Shown: piece after piece, positions 37,716 through 45,603 of the stretch
How positions within the stretch are numbered: position 1 is the first letter of the stretch
How the letters are laid out: every line of letters begins with the position of its first letter
Assembly (NCBI GenBank): GCA_041580155.1
Contig: JBFGEI010000001.1
Span: 1-45,603, forward strand
Origin: Limimaricola sp.
Lineage (GTDB): Bacteria; Pseudomonadota; Alphaproteobacteria; Rhodobacterales; Rhodobacteraceae
Reading direction: 5' to 3'
Length of the DNA stretch: 45,603 nucleotides
Made by a program: the position numbers and the translations under genes
The notes under the pieces: model-generated
The model's input: the letters and a program-made list of their open reading frames with translations, nothing else
What the model was told of the DNA's origin: nothing
Database searches by the model: none

Positions 37716-39533
37716 ATGACCCAGTCCCCCAGCTTCGACGCCGTGACCGACTCCGGGGGCCGTCCCCTTGGCAACCTGCCGGAATGGGATCTGACCGATC
37801 TCTACACCGAGCCGCATTCGGCCGAGTTCAACAACGACATCGACTGGCTTGAACGGGCCTGCGCCGATTTCGCCGGCGACTACCAGGGCAAGCTCGCCGG
37901 GCTGGACGCGGCCGGGCTGCTCGAGGCGGTGCAGCGCTACGAGCGGATCGACATCACCGCCGGGCGGATCATGTCCTACGCCGGGCTGCGCTACTACCAG
38001 ATGACCACCGATTCCGAGCGCGCCAAGTTCATGTCGGACTGCCAGGACCGGATTACCGCCTTCACCACGCCGCTGGTGTTCTGGGGGCTGGAGTTCAACC
38101 GGCTCGACGAAAGCCATCTCGAGACGCTGCTGGGCCAGAGCCAGGAGCTGAACCGCTACCGCCCGGTGTTCGACCGGATGCGGGCGATGAAGCCGTACCA
38201 GCTGTCCGACGAGCTGGAGAAATTCCTGCACGACCAGTCCAGCGTCGGCGCCAGCGCCTGGAACAAGCTGTTCGACGAAACCATCGCCGGGCTCAGCTTC
38301 ACCGTCGACGGCGAAGAGCTGAACATCGAAGGCACGCTGAACCTGCTGACCGAGCAGGACCGCGCCAAGCGCGAGGCCGCCACCCACGAGCTTGCCCGGG
38401 TGTTCAAGAGCCAGATCCGGCTGTTCTCGCGGGTGCACAACACGCTGGCCAAGGACAAGGAGGTCGAGGACCGCTGGCGCGGCATGCCGACGCCGCAGAC
38501 CGGTCGCCACCTGGCCAACCATGTCGAACCCGAGGTCGTCGAGGCGCTGCGCGACGCCGTGGTCAACGCCTACCCGCGACTGTCGCACCGCTACTACGCG
38601 CTGAAGGCCAAGTGGCTGGGTCTCGACCGGATGCAGGTCTGGGACCGCAACGCGCCGCTGCCGATGGAGATCGACCGCGTCGTCGGCTGGGACGAGGCGC
38701 GCGACACCGTGCAGGAAGCCTATGCCGATTTCGATCCGCGCATGGCCGAGCTGGCGCAGCCGTTCTTCGACAAGGGCTGGATCGACGCCGGGGTGAAGAC
38801 CGGCAAGGCGCCGGGCGCCTTCGCGCATCCGACCGTCACCACCGTCCACCCCTACGTGATGCTGAACTACCTCGGGAAACCGCGCGACGTGATGACGCTC
38901 GCGCACGAGCTGGGCCACGGCGTGCACCAGGTTCTGGCCGCCGGGCAAGGCGAGCTGCTGTCCTCGACGCCGCTGACGCTGGCCGAGACCGCCAGCGTGT
39001 TCGGCGAGATGCTGACCTTCCGCAAGCTGCTGACCCGGGCCAAGACCCAGCAGGAGCGCAAGGTGCTGCTGGCCGGCAAGGTCGAGGACATGATCAACAC
39101 CGTGGTGCGGCAGATCGCGTTCTACGATTTCGAGTGCAAGCTGCACGCGGCGCGCGCCCATGGCGAGCTGACGCCCGACGACATCGACGCGCTGTGGATG
39201 AGCGTGCAGGCGCAGAGCCTCGGGCCGGTGTTCGACTTCGCGCCGGGCTACGAAAGCTTCTGGGCCTACGTGCCGCATTTCGTGCATTCGCCGTTCTACG
39301 TCTACGCCTATGCCTTCGGCGACGGCCTCGTGAACGCGCTCTACGCGGTCTACGAAGAGAGCGGCGACGACTTCAAGGAGAAGTACTTCGACATGCTGAA
39401 GGCCGGTGGTTCCAAGCACCACAAGGAGCTGCTGGCGCCGTTCGGCCTCGATGCCTCCGACCCGGCGTTCTGGGACAAGGGGCTTTCGATGATCGAGGGC
39501 ATGATCGACGAGCTGGAGCAGATGGAGGCGTGA
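37716..39533 (+). CDS. pepF: M3B oligoendopeptidase F
   Basis: LPEWDLTDLY, WDRNAPL, GKAPGAF, TLAHELGHGVH, AETASVFGE, PHF..PFYVYAYAFG. Confidence 0.92.
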   Translation: MTQSPSFDAVTDSGGRPLGNLPEWDLTDLYTEPHSAEFNNDIDWLERACADFAGDYQGKLAGLDAAGLLEAVQRYERIDITAGRIMSYAGLRYYQMTTDSERAKFMSDCQDRITAFTTPLVFWGLEFNRLDESHLETLLGQSQELNRYRPVFDRMRAMKPYQLSDELEKFLHDQSSVGASAWNKLFDETIAGLSFTVDGEELNIEGTLNLLTEQDRAKREAATHELARVFKSQIRLFSRVHNTLAKDKEVEDRWRGMPTPQTGRHLANHVEPEVVEALRDAVVNAYPRLSHRYYALKAKWLGLDRMQVWDRNAPLPMEIDRVVGWDEARDTVQEAYADFDPRMAELAQPFFDKGWIDAGVKTGKAPGAFAHPTVTTVHPYVMLNYLGKPRDVMTLAHELGHGVHQVLAAGQGELLSSTPLTLAETASVFGEMLTFRKLLTRAKTQQERKVLLAGKVEDMINTVVRQIAFYDFECKLHAARAHGELTPDDIDALWMSVQAQSLGPVFDFAPGYESFWAYVPHFVHSPFYVYAYAFGDGLVNALYAVYEESGDDFKEKYFDMLKAGGSKHHKELLAPFGLDASDPAFWDKGLSMIEGMIDELEQMEA

Positions 39534-40072
39534 GCCACCCCGTCCCCAACGCGGCGCCGGTTCGACTGGCGCCGCTCGAGGCGGCGCACCTGCCGGTGCT
39601 GCGCGGCCTCGCGCCGCTGCCCGAGCAGGAAGCGTTTTCCGGCACCGCGATATCGATTCTCTCGGACACCAGGGACCGGGTGGACCGGCACGTGATCCTG
39701 CAGCACGACCAACCGGTCGGGCTGTTCAAGATCGATCGGGATTACGAGGACGGCCGCAGGTTCGGCCAACCCGGCGCCTGGGGGCTGCGCGGCGTGATGA
39801 TCGACGCGCGGCACCAGGGCCGCGGCATCGGCGCGGCGGCGTTTCATCAGCTGCCGGGCTACCTGCGCGGCCGCTACCCGCGCCTCGACCGGCTTTGGCT
39901 TACCGTGAACCTGCGCAACCAGGTCGCGCGGCGGACCTATCTGCGCGGCGGCTGGATCGACGACGGCACGATCTACCACGGCGGCGCGCAGGGGCCGCAG
40001 CATGTTCTGCGGCTTGACCTGCGGGCCGCGCGCGCCGCGGCTCAGCCCGCGTCGCTGCCGCCTGCCGCGTAG
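39530..40072 (+). CDS. GNAT family N-acetyltransferase
   Basis: IDARHQGRGIG acetyl-CoA motif, LTVNLRN..A...Y..GG. GTGA overlap with pepF. Confidence 0.85.
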   Translation: MSHPVPNAAPVRLAPLEAAHLPVLRGLAPLPEQEAFSGTAISILSDTRDRVDRHVILQHDQPVGLFKIDRDYEDGRRFGQPGAWGLRGVMIDARHQGRGIGAAAFHQLPGYLRGRYPRLDRLWLTVNLRNQVARRTYLRGGWIDDGTIYHGGAQGPQHVLRLDLRAARAAAQPASLPPAA

Positions 40073-41025
40073 ACCATGTCGATCATCGCCTGCGTGCCGC
40101 GGCTGAATTCGAGTGGGCACGGATAACCGGCTTCGCCGCGCACGGCGCGGCCGAAGGCCTCGACCTGCAGCACGTAGTGATCGACGCCGGGCCAGCGCTC
40201 GTGCAGCACCCGCCGGCCTTCGGTCTCGAGCGTCAGCTCGGCCTGGTCGAAGGTGTTGGCATTGAACGGGCACAGCATGGTCAGCACGCCTGCATCGCCG
40301 TGGAACGTCACCTGCTGGCGCGGGAACAGCCGCATCGACACCATGCCGGAATACTCGAAGCTGCCGAACTCGGCCGCGACCTGGGCGTAGACGTCGACGC
40401 CGTTCTCGTAGCGGATATTGGCGTGGCGGATCCGGCGCGGCTCCTCGCCGGTCACGAAGCGGACCGATCCGAAGGCGTAGACGCCGATATCCGGCAGCCC
40501 GCCGCCGCCGGTCTCGGGCTTGTTGCGGATGTTGTCGGTCTGCGACGCGTTGTTGAAGCTGAACACCGCGTCGACGTGGCGCAGCGCACCGATCGCACCG
40601 CCCTGCACCAACTCACGCGCGCGCAGCCACTGCGGGTGGTGCACGATCATGTAGGCCTCGGCCGCCAGCAGCCCGGTGGCGTCGCGCTTGGCGATCACCG
40701 CGTCGAACTGCTCGGCCCGCATCGCCAGCGGCTTTTCGCACAGCACATGCTTGCCGGCATCAAGCGCCTTCAGCGTCCAGTCGACATGCATCGCGTTCGG
40801 CAGCGGGATGTAGATCGCGTCGATGTCCGGATCGGCCAGCAGCGCCTCGTAATCCAGATGCAGCTTCAGCCCCGGCGCGAAGGCCCGAAACGGCGCCGCC
40901 TTGGCCTCGGACGAGGTCGCCAGCGCCACCAGCTCGGCGCCCCTGGCGGCGTGGATCGCCGGCGCCATGGCGCCCAGCGCGAATTTCGAGGCGCCGAGGA
41001 CGCCCCAGCGGATCGGTGTGCTCAT
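40042..41025 (-). CDS. Gfo/Idh/MocA family oxidoreductase
   Basis: IRWGVLGA, YIPLPN..H, GKHVLCEKP, GGG.LPDIGVY. Confidence 0.9.
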   Translation of the reverse strand: MSTPIRWGVLGASKFALGAMAPAIHAARGAELVALATSSEAKAAPFRAFAPGLKLHLDYEALLADPDIDAIYIPLPNAMHVDWTLKALDAGKHVLCEKPLAMRAEQFDAVIAKRDATGLLAAEAYMIVHHPQWLRARELVQGGAIGALRHVDAVFSFNNASQTDNIRNKPETGGGGLPDIGVYAFGSVRFVTGEEPRRIRHANIRYENGVDVYAQVAAEFGSFEYSGMVSMRLFPRQQVTFHGDAGVLTMLCPFNANTFDQAELTLETEGRRVLHERWPGVDHYVLQVEAFGRAVRGEAGYPCPLEFSRGTQAMIDMVYAAGGSDAG

Positions 41026-41072
41026 GTCGGTCTTTGTCCTGATCTGGGTCGATGCGGGCCGGCGTCGGGCAG

Positions 41073-41106
41073 AAAAAACCCTTCCTCCCCGGTCGGGAGG
41101 AAGGGT
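41073..41106 (-). terminator. Rho-independent terminator of rpoH
   Basis: 12-bp stem ACCCTTCCTCCC/GGGAGGAAGGGT followed by a T-run on the minus strand. Confidence 0.85.
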
Positions 41107-41138
41107 AACGCCTGACCCGGCGGACGCAACGCAAAGCG

Positions 41139-42038
41139 TCAGACTTCGGCCAGCATCCCGCGTTCGCGCGCCAGGTCCTGCATCCGCTTCTGCAGCTTCT
41201 CGAAGGCCCGGACCTCGATCTGCCTGATCCGTTCGCGGCTGACGTCGTACTGGCCCGAAAGCTCCTCCAGCGTCACCGCCTGGTCCTGCAACCGGCGCTG
41301 CACCAGGATGTCCTTCTCGCGGTCGTTCAGCACGTCCATCGCCTCGGCCATCAGCTCGCGGCGGGCGTCGAGCTCGTCGCGCTCGGCATAGTCGCCGGCC
41401 TGGTCGGCGCTGTCGTCCTCGAGCCAGTCCTGCCACTGTGTCGCGCTGTCGCCATCGCTGCCGACCATCGCGTTCAGCGACGCGTCGCCGCCGGACATCC
41501 GGCGGTTCATCGACACCACCTCGTCCTCGGTCACCCCGAGGTCGGTGGCGATCCGCTTGACGTTCTCGGGCCGCAGATCGCCCTCTTCCAGCGCCCCGAG
41601 CCTGGCCTTGGCCTTGCGCAGGTTGAAGAAAAGCTTCTTCTGCCCCGAGGTGGTGCCGAGCTTCACCATCGACCAAGATCGCAGCACGTATTCCTGGATC
41701 GAGGCGCGGATCCACCACATCGCGTAGGTCGCCAGCCGGAATCCCTTTTCCGGGTCGAACTTCTTCACCGCCTGCATCAGCCCGACGTTGGCCTCCGAGA
41801 TTACTTCGGATTGCGGCAGCCCGTAGCCGCGGTAGCCCATGGCGATCTTCGCCGCGAGCCGCAGGTGCGAGGTGACCAGCCGATGCGCCGCGCTGGCGTC
41901 CTCGTGATCGACCCAGCGCTTGGCCAGCATGTATTCCTCTTCCGGCTCCAGCATCGGAAACTTGCGGATTTCCTGCAGGTAGCGGTTGAGACCCTGTTCC
42001 GGTGACGGGGCGGGTAGGTTCGTGTAGGTCGCAGCCAT
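41139..42038 (-). CDS. rpoH: Heat-shock sigma factor RpoH (RpoH1 type)
   Basis: YLQEIRKFPML, SHLRL, GFRLATYAMWWI, RpoH box QKKLFFNLRKAK, VSRERIRQIE. Confidence 0.96.
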   Translation of the reverse strand: MAATYTNLPAPSPEQGLNRYLQEIRKFPMLEPEEEYMLAKRWVDHEDASAAHRLVTSHLRLAAKIAMGYRGYGLPQSEVISEANVGLMQAVKKFDPEKGFRLATYAMWWIRASIQEYVLRSWSMVKLGTTSGQKKLFFNLRKAKARLGALEEGDLRPENVKRIATDLGVTEDEVVSMNRRMSGGDASLNAMVGSDGDSATQWQDWLEDDSADQAGDYAERDELDARRELMAEAMDVLNDREKDILVQRRLQDQAVTLEELSGQYDVSRERIRQIEVRAFEKLQKRMQDLARERGMLAEV

Positions 42039-42192
42039 CTGGCCCCTCCTGTCGGATGTTAACGGGTTTGACATTAATCTGCCGGACACCGCGGCGGCCT
42101 GCAAGGCCACCTACCCGAAACATGTTGCCGAACCATGAACCAGCCGGCGCGCCCTGGTGAGAGCATGCTACGGCGGCTCAGTCACATGTGAT

Positions 42193-42223
42193 CGGCGAAT
42201 CGAGCGGGATCGACGATTCGCCG
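42193..42223. promoter_or_regulatory. Inverted repeat with two GANTC sites between rluD and rpoH
   Basis: CGGCGAATCG-N11-CGATTCGCCG, next to the palindrome TCACATGTGA (42182-42191). Confidence 0.45.
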
Positions 42224-42225
42224 CT

Positions 42226-43245
42226 TCAACCCCTGAACGCGGCGAGGAGTTCCGCCATGTCGGCCGGCAGCGGGCTGTCGAAGCGCAGCATCTCGCCGGT
42301 CACCGGGTGTTCGAAGCCCAGCGTCGCGGCGTGCAGCGCCTGGCGCGGGAAATTCGCCGCCAGCGCTGCGGTGGCGACGCCGACCGCCTTTTCCGACAGC
42401 TTGCGCCGGCCGCCGTAGACCTGATCGCCGATCAGCCCGTGCCCGGCATGCGCCATATGCACCCGGATCTGGTGGGTCCGGCCGGTCTCGAGCCGGCATT
42501 CGACCAGCGCCGCGCCGGCGAAACTCTCCAGCAGCCTGATCCGGGTCACCGCGTGGCGGCCGCCGTCGAAAGTCACGGCCTGGCGCTGCCGGTCGGTCCG
42601 ATGCCGCGCCAGCTGGGTCTGCAGCTTCAGCACGCCGCCCGATTCGAAGCTGGCGCCCTTGACCCCGCGCAGCCGCGGATCGCTGGGCGCCGGCACGCCG
42701 TGGCACAGCGCAAGATAGCGGCGCTCGACATGGTGCTTTTCGAACTGCGCCGCGAGACCGTGATGCGCCCGGTCGGATTTCGCGGCGACCAGCAGCCCGG
42801 TGGTGTCCTTGTCGATCCGGTGCACCACGCCGGGACGCTTTTCGCCGCCGACCCCCGACAAGGTCTCGCCGCAATGGTGGATGAGCGCGTTGACCAGCGT
42901 GCCCGACGGGGTGCCGGGCGCTGGATGCACCACCATGCCGGCCGGCTTGTCGATCACGATCAGGTCATCGTCCTCCCAGACCACCACCAGCGGGATCTCC
43001 TGCGCGCCGATGTGGCTTTCGGCCGCCTTCGGCACCTCGATCTCGACCAGCGCGCCCTCGGCGACCCTGGACTTGGCGTCGCTGACCACGACGCCATCGA
43101 TCCGCACCGCGCCCTCGGCCAGCAACCGCGCCAGCCGCGACCGGCTGAGCGCCGCATGCTCTGGCACATCGCGGGCCAGCGCCTTATCAAGGCGCGCCGG
43201 GGGATCCTCGGCGATCGCGAAACGGATGGATGAGGCGCTGCCCAT
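42226..43245 (-). CDS. rluD: 23S rRNA pseudouridine synthase (RluA/RluD family)
   Basis: RLDKAL S4 domain, DKPAGMVVHP, HRIDKDTTG, LETGRTHQIRVH, RQALHA. Upstream of rpoH. Confidence 0.92.
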   Translation of the reverse strand: MGSASSIRFAIAEDPPARLDKALARDVPEHAALSRSRLARLLAEGAVRIDGVVVSDAKSRVAEGALVEIEVPKAAESHIGAQEIPLVVVWEDDDLIVIDKPAGMVVHPAPGTPSGTLVNALIHHCGETLSGVGGEKRPGVVHRIDKDTTGLLVAAKSDRAHHGLAAQFEKHHVERRYLALCHGVPAPSDPRLRGVKGASFESGGVLKLQTQLARHRTDRQRQAVTFDGGRHAVTRIRLLESFAGAALVECRLETGRTHQIRVHMAHAGHGLIGDQVYGGRRKLSEKAVGVATAALAANFPRQALHAATLGFEHPVTGEMLRFDSPLPADMAELLAAFRG

Positions 43246-43558
43246 GCAGGAGGCTCCCGACAATGACGGCCCCGCCCTGCTGCCGGCCCAGCTGGTGTGG
43301 CTGCGGCGACTGGTCATGGCGCTGACGCTGGTGATGATTCTGGGCTTCCTAGTCCTGATCGGCGCGATTGTCATCCGCCTCAACGCCGAGCCGCTGCCGC
43401 TGCCCGACCGGATCACCCTGCCGGACGGCGAATCGCCGCGCGCCTTCACCCAGGGCAGCGACTGGTTTGCGGTGGTCACCGATGCCGACAGGATCCTGGT
43501 GTTCGACCGCGCGACGGCACGGCTGCGCCAGACCGTCGAAATCACCACCGCCGACTGA
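43244..43558 (+). CDS. Small membrane-anchored protein (DUF6476-like)
   Basis: LRRLV..LT.VMI.G TM helix, LPDRITLPDG, FTQG.DW.AVVT, G/A.LRQ. Alternative start at 43226. Confidence 0.75.
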   Translation: MQEAPDNDGPALLPAQLVWLRRLVMALTLVMILGFLVLIGAIVIRLNAEPLPLPDRITLPDGESPRAFTQGSDWFAVVTDADRILVFDRATARLRQTVEITTAD

Positions 43559-43583
43559 CCGTCCCGATCGGGCGCGTCATCGA

Positions 43584-43616
43584 CTACTTTGTCCCGCAAA
43601 TACGCAAACCCGCCGC
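43584..43616 (+). repeat. Short intergenic repeat, copy 2
   Basis: CTACTTTGTCCCGCAAATACGCAAACCCGCCGC differs from 3250-3282 by two single-base indels. Confidence 0.75.
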
Positions 43617-43650
43617 GAAAGCTGGCGCAACGGGTCCGAAAAGGGGAGAG

Positions 43651-43727
43651 TGGTACCGCCTTCCTGGCTTGAACAGGAGACCTCTGGATCCACAATCCAG
43701 CGCTCTAACCAACTGAGCTAAGGCGGC
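43651..43727 (-). tRNA. tRNA-His (anticodon GTG), lacking G-1
   Basis: GCCGCCTTAGCTCAGTTGGTTAGAGCGCTGGATTGTGGATCCAGAGGTCTCCTGTTCAAGCCAGGAAGGCGGTACCA. G1:U72 pair, A73 discriminator, T at position -1. Confidence 0.96.
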
Positions 43728-43854
43728 ACTGGCGCGGAATTAGCGCCCTGAAACCGAGATTGCAAGCCCTTTGGCCCGGGTTCCGCGACGGCGTGCCCTT
43801 GTCGGGCGCGTCGCGCGCCGCTACGTGGTCATCGACCAAGGAAGGAACCGCATC

Positions 43855-44052
43855 ATGGGTATCGACACCGAACGCGACATCGAGGCGAACCTGCAGATCG
43901 GCCCCACCGATCAAGGCATGGTGCGGCTGTTCATCGAGGCCGGCAGCACCGAGATCCCCATGGATTTCGACCCCGAAGAGGCCGAGGACATCGCCGAGGA
44001 GATCCGCGCCGCGGCGCATGCCGCCCGCGCGGTCAAGCCGAAGAAAGGCTGA
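43855..44052 (+). CDS. Small conserved acidic protein (DUF6324-like)
   Basis: SD AAGGA. MGIDTERDIEANLQIGPTDQGMVRLFI...PMDFDPEEAEDIAEEIRAAA. Confidence 0.78.
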   Translation: MGIDTERDIEANLQIGPTDQGMVRLFIEAGSTEIPMDFDPEEAEDIAEEIRAAAHAARAVKPKKG

Positions 44053-44569
44053 TCGCCGGATCGCGCGCCTTGTGCCAGCGCAAGGCGGCATGGCGCGCGA
44101 ATTTCTGCATCATCGCCTTGCGCCGCGCCGCGACGAGCTTCGCCTCGGGCGGCATCACCGTGATCTCGGCATCATAGCCATCGGCGATGATCACCCCGGT
44201 GTCGGCGGGCAGCAGCTCCAGCGGAAACCCGTCGTCCACCGCCCAGAAGAACCGGTCGCAGAACTCCAAGTAGCCCTGCCACTTGCGGTCCGAGGTGAAA
44301 TCGGCGCGGCTCGACTTGCACTCGATCACCCAGAGTTCGCCCTTCGGCCCCAGCGCCATCACATCGACCCGCAATCCGGGCGCCGGCACGAATTCCTCGA
44401 CCGAGACGAAGCCGAGGCTCAACAGGTGGCGGCAGACGCCGCGCGCGAGGATCTGCCCCGGCTGCGGCTCGGCGCGCGGCCACGACAGCGCTTCGGCCGA
44501 CAGCGCGTCTTGCGGCAACACCGCGGCACGGCGCTCGCCCTTCTCCCAATCGTCCCAGTCTTCCGGCAT
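44033..44569 (-). CDS. mmcB: DNA repair putative endonuclease MmcB (DUF1052)
   Basis: ARGVCR, LRVDVMALGPKGE.W.IECKSSRADF.SD.KWQGY..FCDRFFWAV, GVIIADGYDAE (PD-(D/E)xK-like). Confidence 0.9.
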   Translation of the reverse strand: MPEDWDDWEKGERRAAVLPQDALSAEALSWPRAEPQPGQILARGVCRHLLSLGFVSVEEFVPAPGLRVDVMALGPKGELWVIECKSSRADFTSDRKWQGYLEFCDRFFWAVDDGFPLELLPADTGVIIADGYDAEITVMPPEAKLVAARRKAMMQKFARHAALRWHKARDPAISLSSA

Positions 44570-44575
44570 GGGCCC

Positions 44576-44604
44576 ACCCTGAACAATCTGGCAACAGCGC
44601 GCAA
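44576..44604 (-). promoter_or_regulatory. mmcB promoter with an alphaproteobacterial LexA (SOS)-like box in the spacer
   Basis: TTGCGC-N17-CAGGGT-N6-ATG on the minus strand. GAAC-N7-CAAC at 44581-44595 versus the consensus GAAC-N7-GAAC. Confidence 0.6.
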
Positions 44605-44628
44605 GCGTCGAAAGCCATGCCCTGCCCC

Positions 44629-44657
44629 CTTGTCAGCACCCCGCCCCGCGCCTAACT
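44629..44657 (+). promoter_or_regulatory. Sigma70-type promoter of the ncRNA
   Basis: CTTGTC-N17-CTAACT versus the alphaproteobacterial consensus CTTGAC-N17-CTATAT, ending ~6 nt before the RNA's 5' stem. Confidence 0.55.
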
Positions 44658-44663
44658 GTGTCA

Positions 44664-44826
44664 GCGGCGGGTTCTGCTCTTCTCGTGACACGGTACAATT
44701 CCAGTGGCCTTAAGCAATTCCGAGGGAGCTGGCTCTGTGCGGATCCTGGTCCGTTTACCTGGCGCCCACCTGTACATACAGGTCCTCGGGAATTTTCACC
44801 CCACGGTCGCTGCGGTTCCCGCCACC
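44664..44826 (+). ncRNA. Structured non-coding RNA (~160 nt), family unconfirmed (possibly alpha-r9-like)
   Basis: Closing stem GGCGGG..CTGC/GCGG..CCCGCC. Inner stem AATTCCGAGG/CCTCGG(G)AATT. Hairpins CGGAT-CCTG-GTCCG and ACCTGT-ACAT-ACAGGT. Lower GC than the flanks and no credible ORF. Confidence 0.65.
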
Positions 44827-44970
44827 TTCTCCCCCATCGCCGCACCGGCACGGCCCCTCGCCGGGGCCGACCTCTGAGGTCCGGATTCCAGCGCCGCCCC
44901 GGGGCAGAGCACGACGCAAAAGGGCGCGGCCATCGGCCACGCCCTCGCGATACTCCGGCAGGTCGGACGC

Positions 44971-45438
44971 TCAGAACGCCTCGGGCCGCGCCTCGCGCGC
45001 CATGTGATCGAGCACGGCGTTGACGAATTTCGGCTCCTTGCCGTCGGGGTGGAACGCCTTGGCGATCTCCACGAACTCGACGATCACCACCTTGGGCGGC
45101 GTCACCTTGGCCAGGAACTCGGCCCCGGCGGCGCGGAACAGCGCCCGCAGCGTCGGGTCGATCCGGGCGATCGGCCATTTCGCCACCAGCGCGCGATGCG
45201 TCATCTGGTCGATCTTCGCCTGCTCCTCGACCGCGCCCTCCATCAGCGTGCGGAAGGTGGCAAGATCGCCCTCCTCCCATTCGCCTTCCTCGTAGACCGC
45301 GCCGAAGCGATGCGTCTCGAATTCGCGCATGACGCTGTCGACCGACTGGTTCGAGGCTTCCATCTGGAACAGCGCCTGGACCGCGTACATCCGCGACGCC
45401 GAGCGCATCCGCCGCAGTTGGTTGTTGGAGACGGTCAT
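44971..45438 (-). CDS. nusB: Transcription antitermination factor NusB
   Basis: RSASRMYAVQALFQM, WPIARIDPTLRALFR, PPKVVIVEFVEIAKAF, FVNAVLD. Confidence 0.95.
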   Translation of the reverse strand: MTVSNNQLRRMRSASRMYAVQALFQMEASNQSVDSVMREFETHRFGAVYEEGEWEEGDLATFRTLMEGAVEEQAKIDQMTHRALVAKWPIARIDPTLRALFRAAGAEFLAKVTPPKVVIVEFVEIAKAFHPDGKEPKFVNAVLDHMAREARPEAF

Positions 45439-45603
45439 GCGCCCTCTCCCGCCAGCCGATCCGCGGTGAACCCGAGACCCTTGCCGGCTTGGCCCCAGCG
45501 CTTGGTCAGCGCGATCAGGTGCAGCGCCGCGGCGGCGGCGCCGCCACCCTTGTTCTGCCCCTGCGAATCGGCCCGCACCGCGGCCTGCTCGTAGGTCTCG
45601 ACG
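45435..45603 (-). CDS. ribH: 6,7-dimethyl-8-ribityllumazine synthase, C-terminal part (runs off window end)
   Basis: ...VETYEQAAVRADSQGQNKGGGAAAAALHLIAL. Its stop overlaps the nusB ATG, matching the conserved ribH-nusB order. Confidence 0.88.
   Translation of the reverse strand, partial: VETYEQAAVRADSQGQNKGGGAAAAALHLIALTKRWGQAGKGLGFTADRLAGEGA

Noticed and set aside
40042-40072. Convergent 3' overlaps (GNAT/oxidoreductase 31 bp; DUF6324/mmcB 20 bp at 44033-44052)
   Set aside because: Short tail-to-tail overlaps are common in GC-rich genomes, and the overlapping residues are low-information tails.
42057-42080. Possible CtrA box upstream of rpoH (two TTAA)
   Set aside because: The spacing is TTAA-N11-TTAA rather than TTAA-N7-TTAA, so at best it is a half-site.
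40042-42123. 693-aa ORF apparently extending the Gfo/Idh/MocA protein across rpoH
   Set aside because: The extension is an alternative frame of rpoH and crosses a clear terminator (41073-41106). The real start is 41025.

Overview
A very GC-rich stretch of alphaproteobacterial core chromosome. It is Rhodobacteraceae/Roseobacteraceae-like, judging by gene content, the G-1-less tRNA-His and an alpha-type LexA-like box. It runs from the 5' part of rpoD and dnaG to nusB and the 3' end of ribH, and holds about 45 CDSs, tRNA-Leu(TAA) and tRNA-His(GTG). I found no prophage, IS, integrase or CRISPR array. The main blocks are: rpoD-dnaG; tadA/rluB; a six-gene envelope-stress-like operon (small membrane protein, XpaC, TelA, DUF2927 lipoprotein, SPFH-GYF, Zn-ribbon membrane protein); pfkB-dtd; znuA/zur-znuC-znuB with a Zur box; a PleD-like cyclase opposite DUF3572-HAD; fasciclin; DUF983-NUDIX; AKR-lipocalin-carnitine dehydrogenase; metG; mltB; rhomboid/suhB; GGDEF with a degenerate EAL; metR/metF; MBL exonuclease-ATP ligase-EEP; pepF-GNAT; rpoH-rluD; mmcB; nusB-ribH. 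The most notable non-routine signals are: (1) a compact ~160-nt multi-helix ncRNA with its own promoter, divergent from the SOS-boxed mmcB; (2) the XpaC-TelA-DUF2927-SPFH-Zn-ribbon operon, with an RpoH-like promoter and a possible two-isoform small protein; (3) inverted pairs of YGATTCG (CcrM/GcrA-type) sites upstream of both sigma-factor genes; (4) three copies of a short intergenic repeat (CTACTTTGTCC core); (5) a ligase-exonuclease repair operon coupled to an EEP protein, with Lhr and PdeM absent. All family calls come from motif recognition only; no database search was run.
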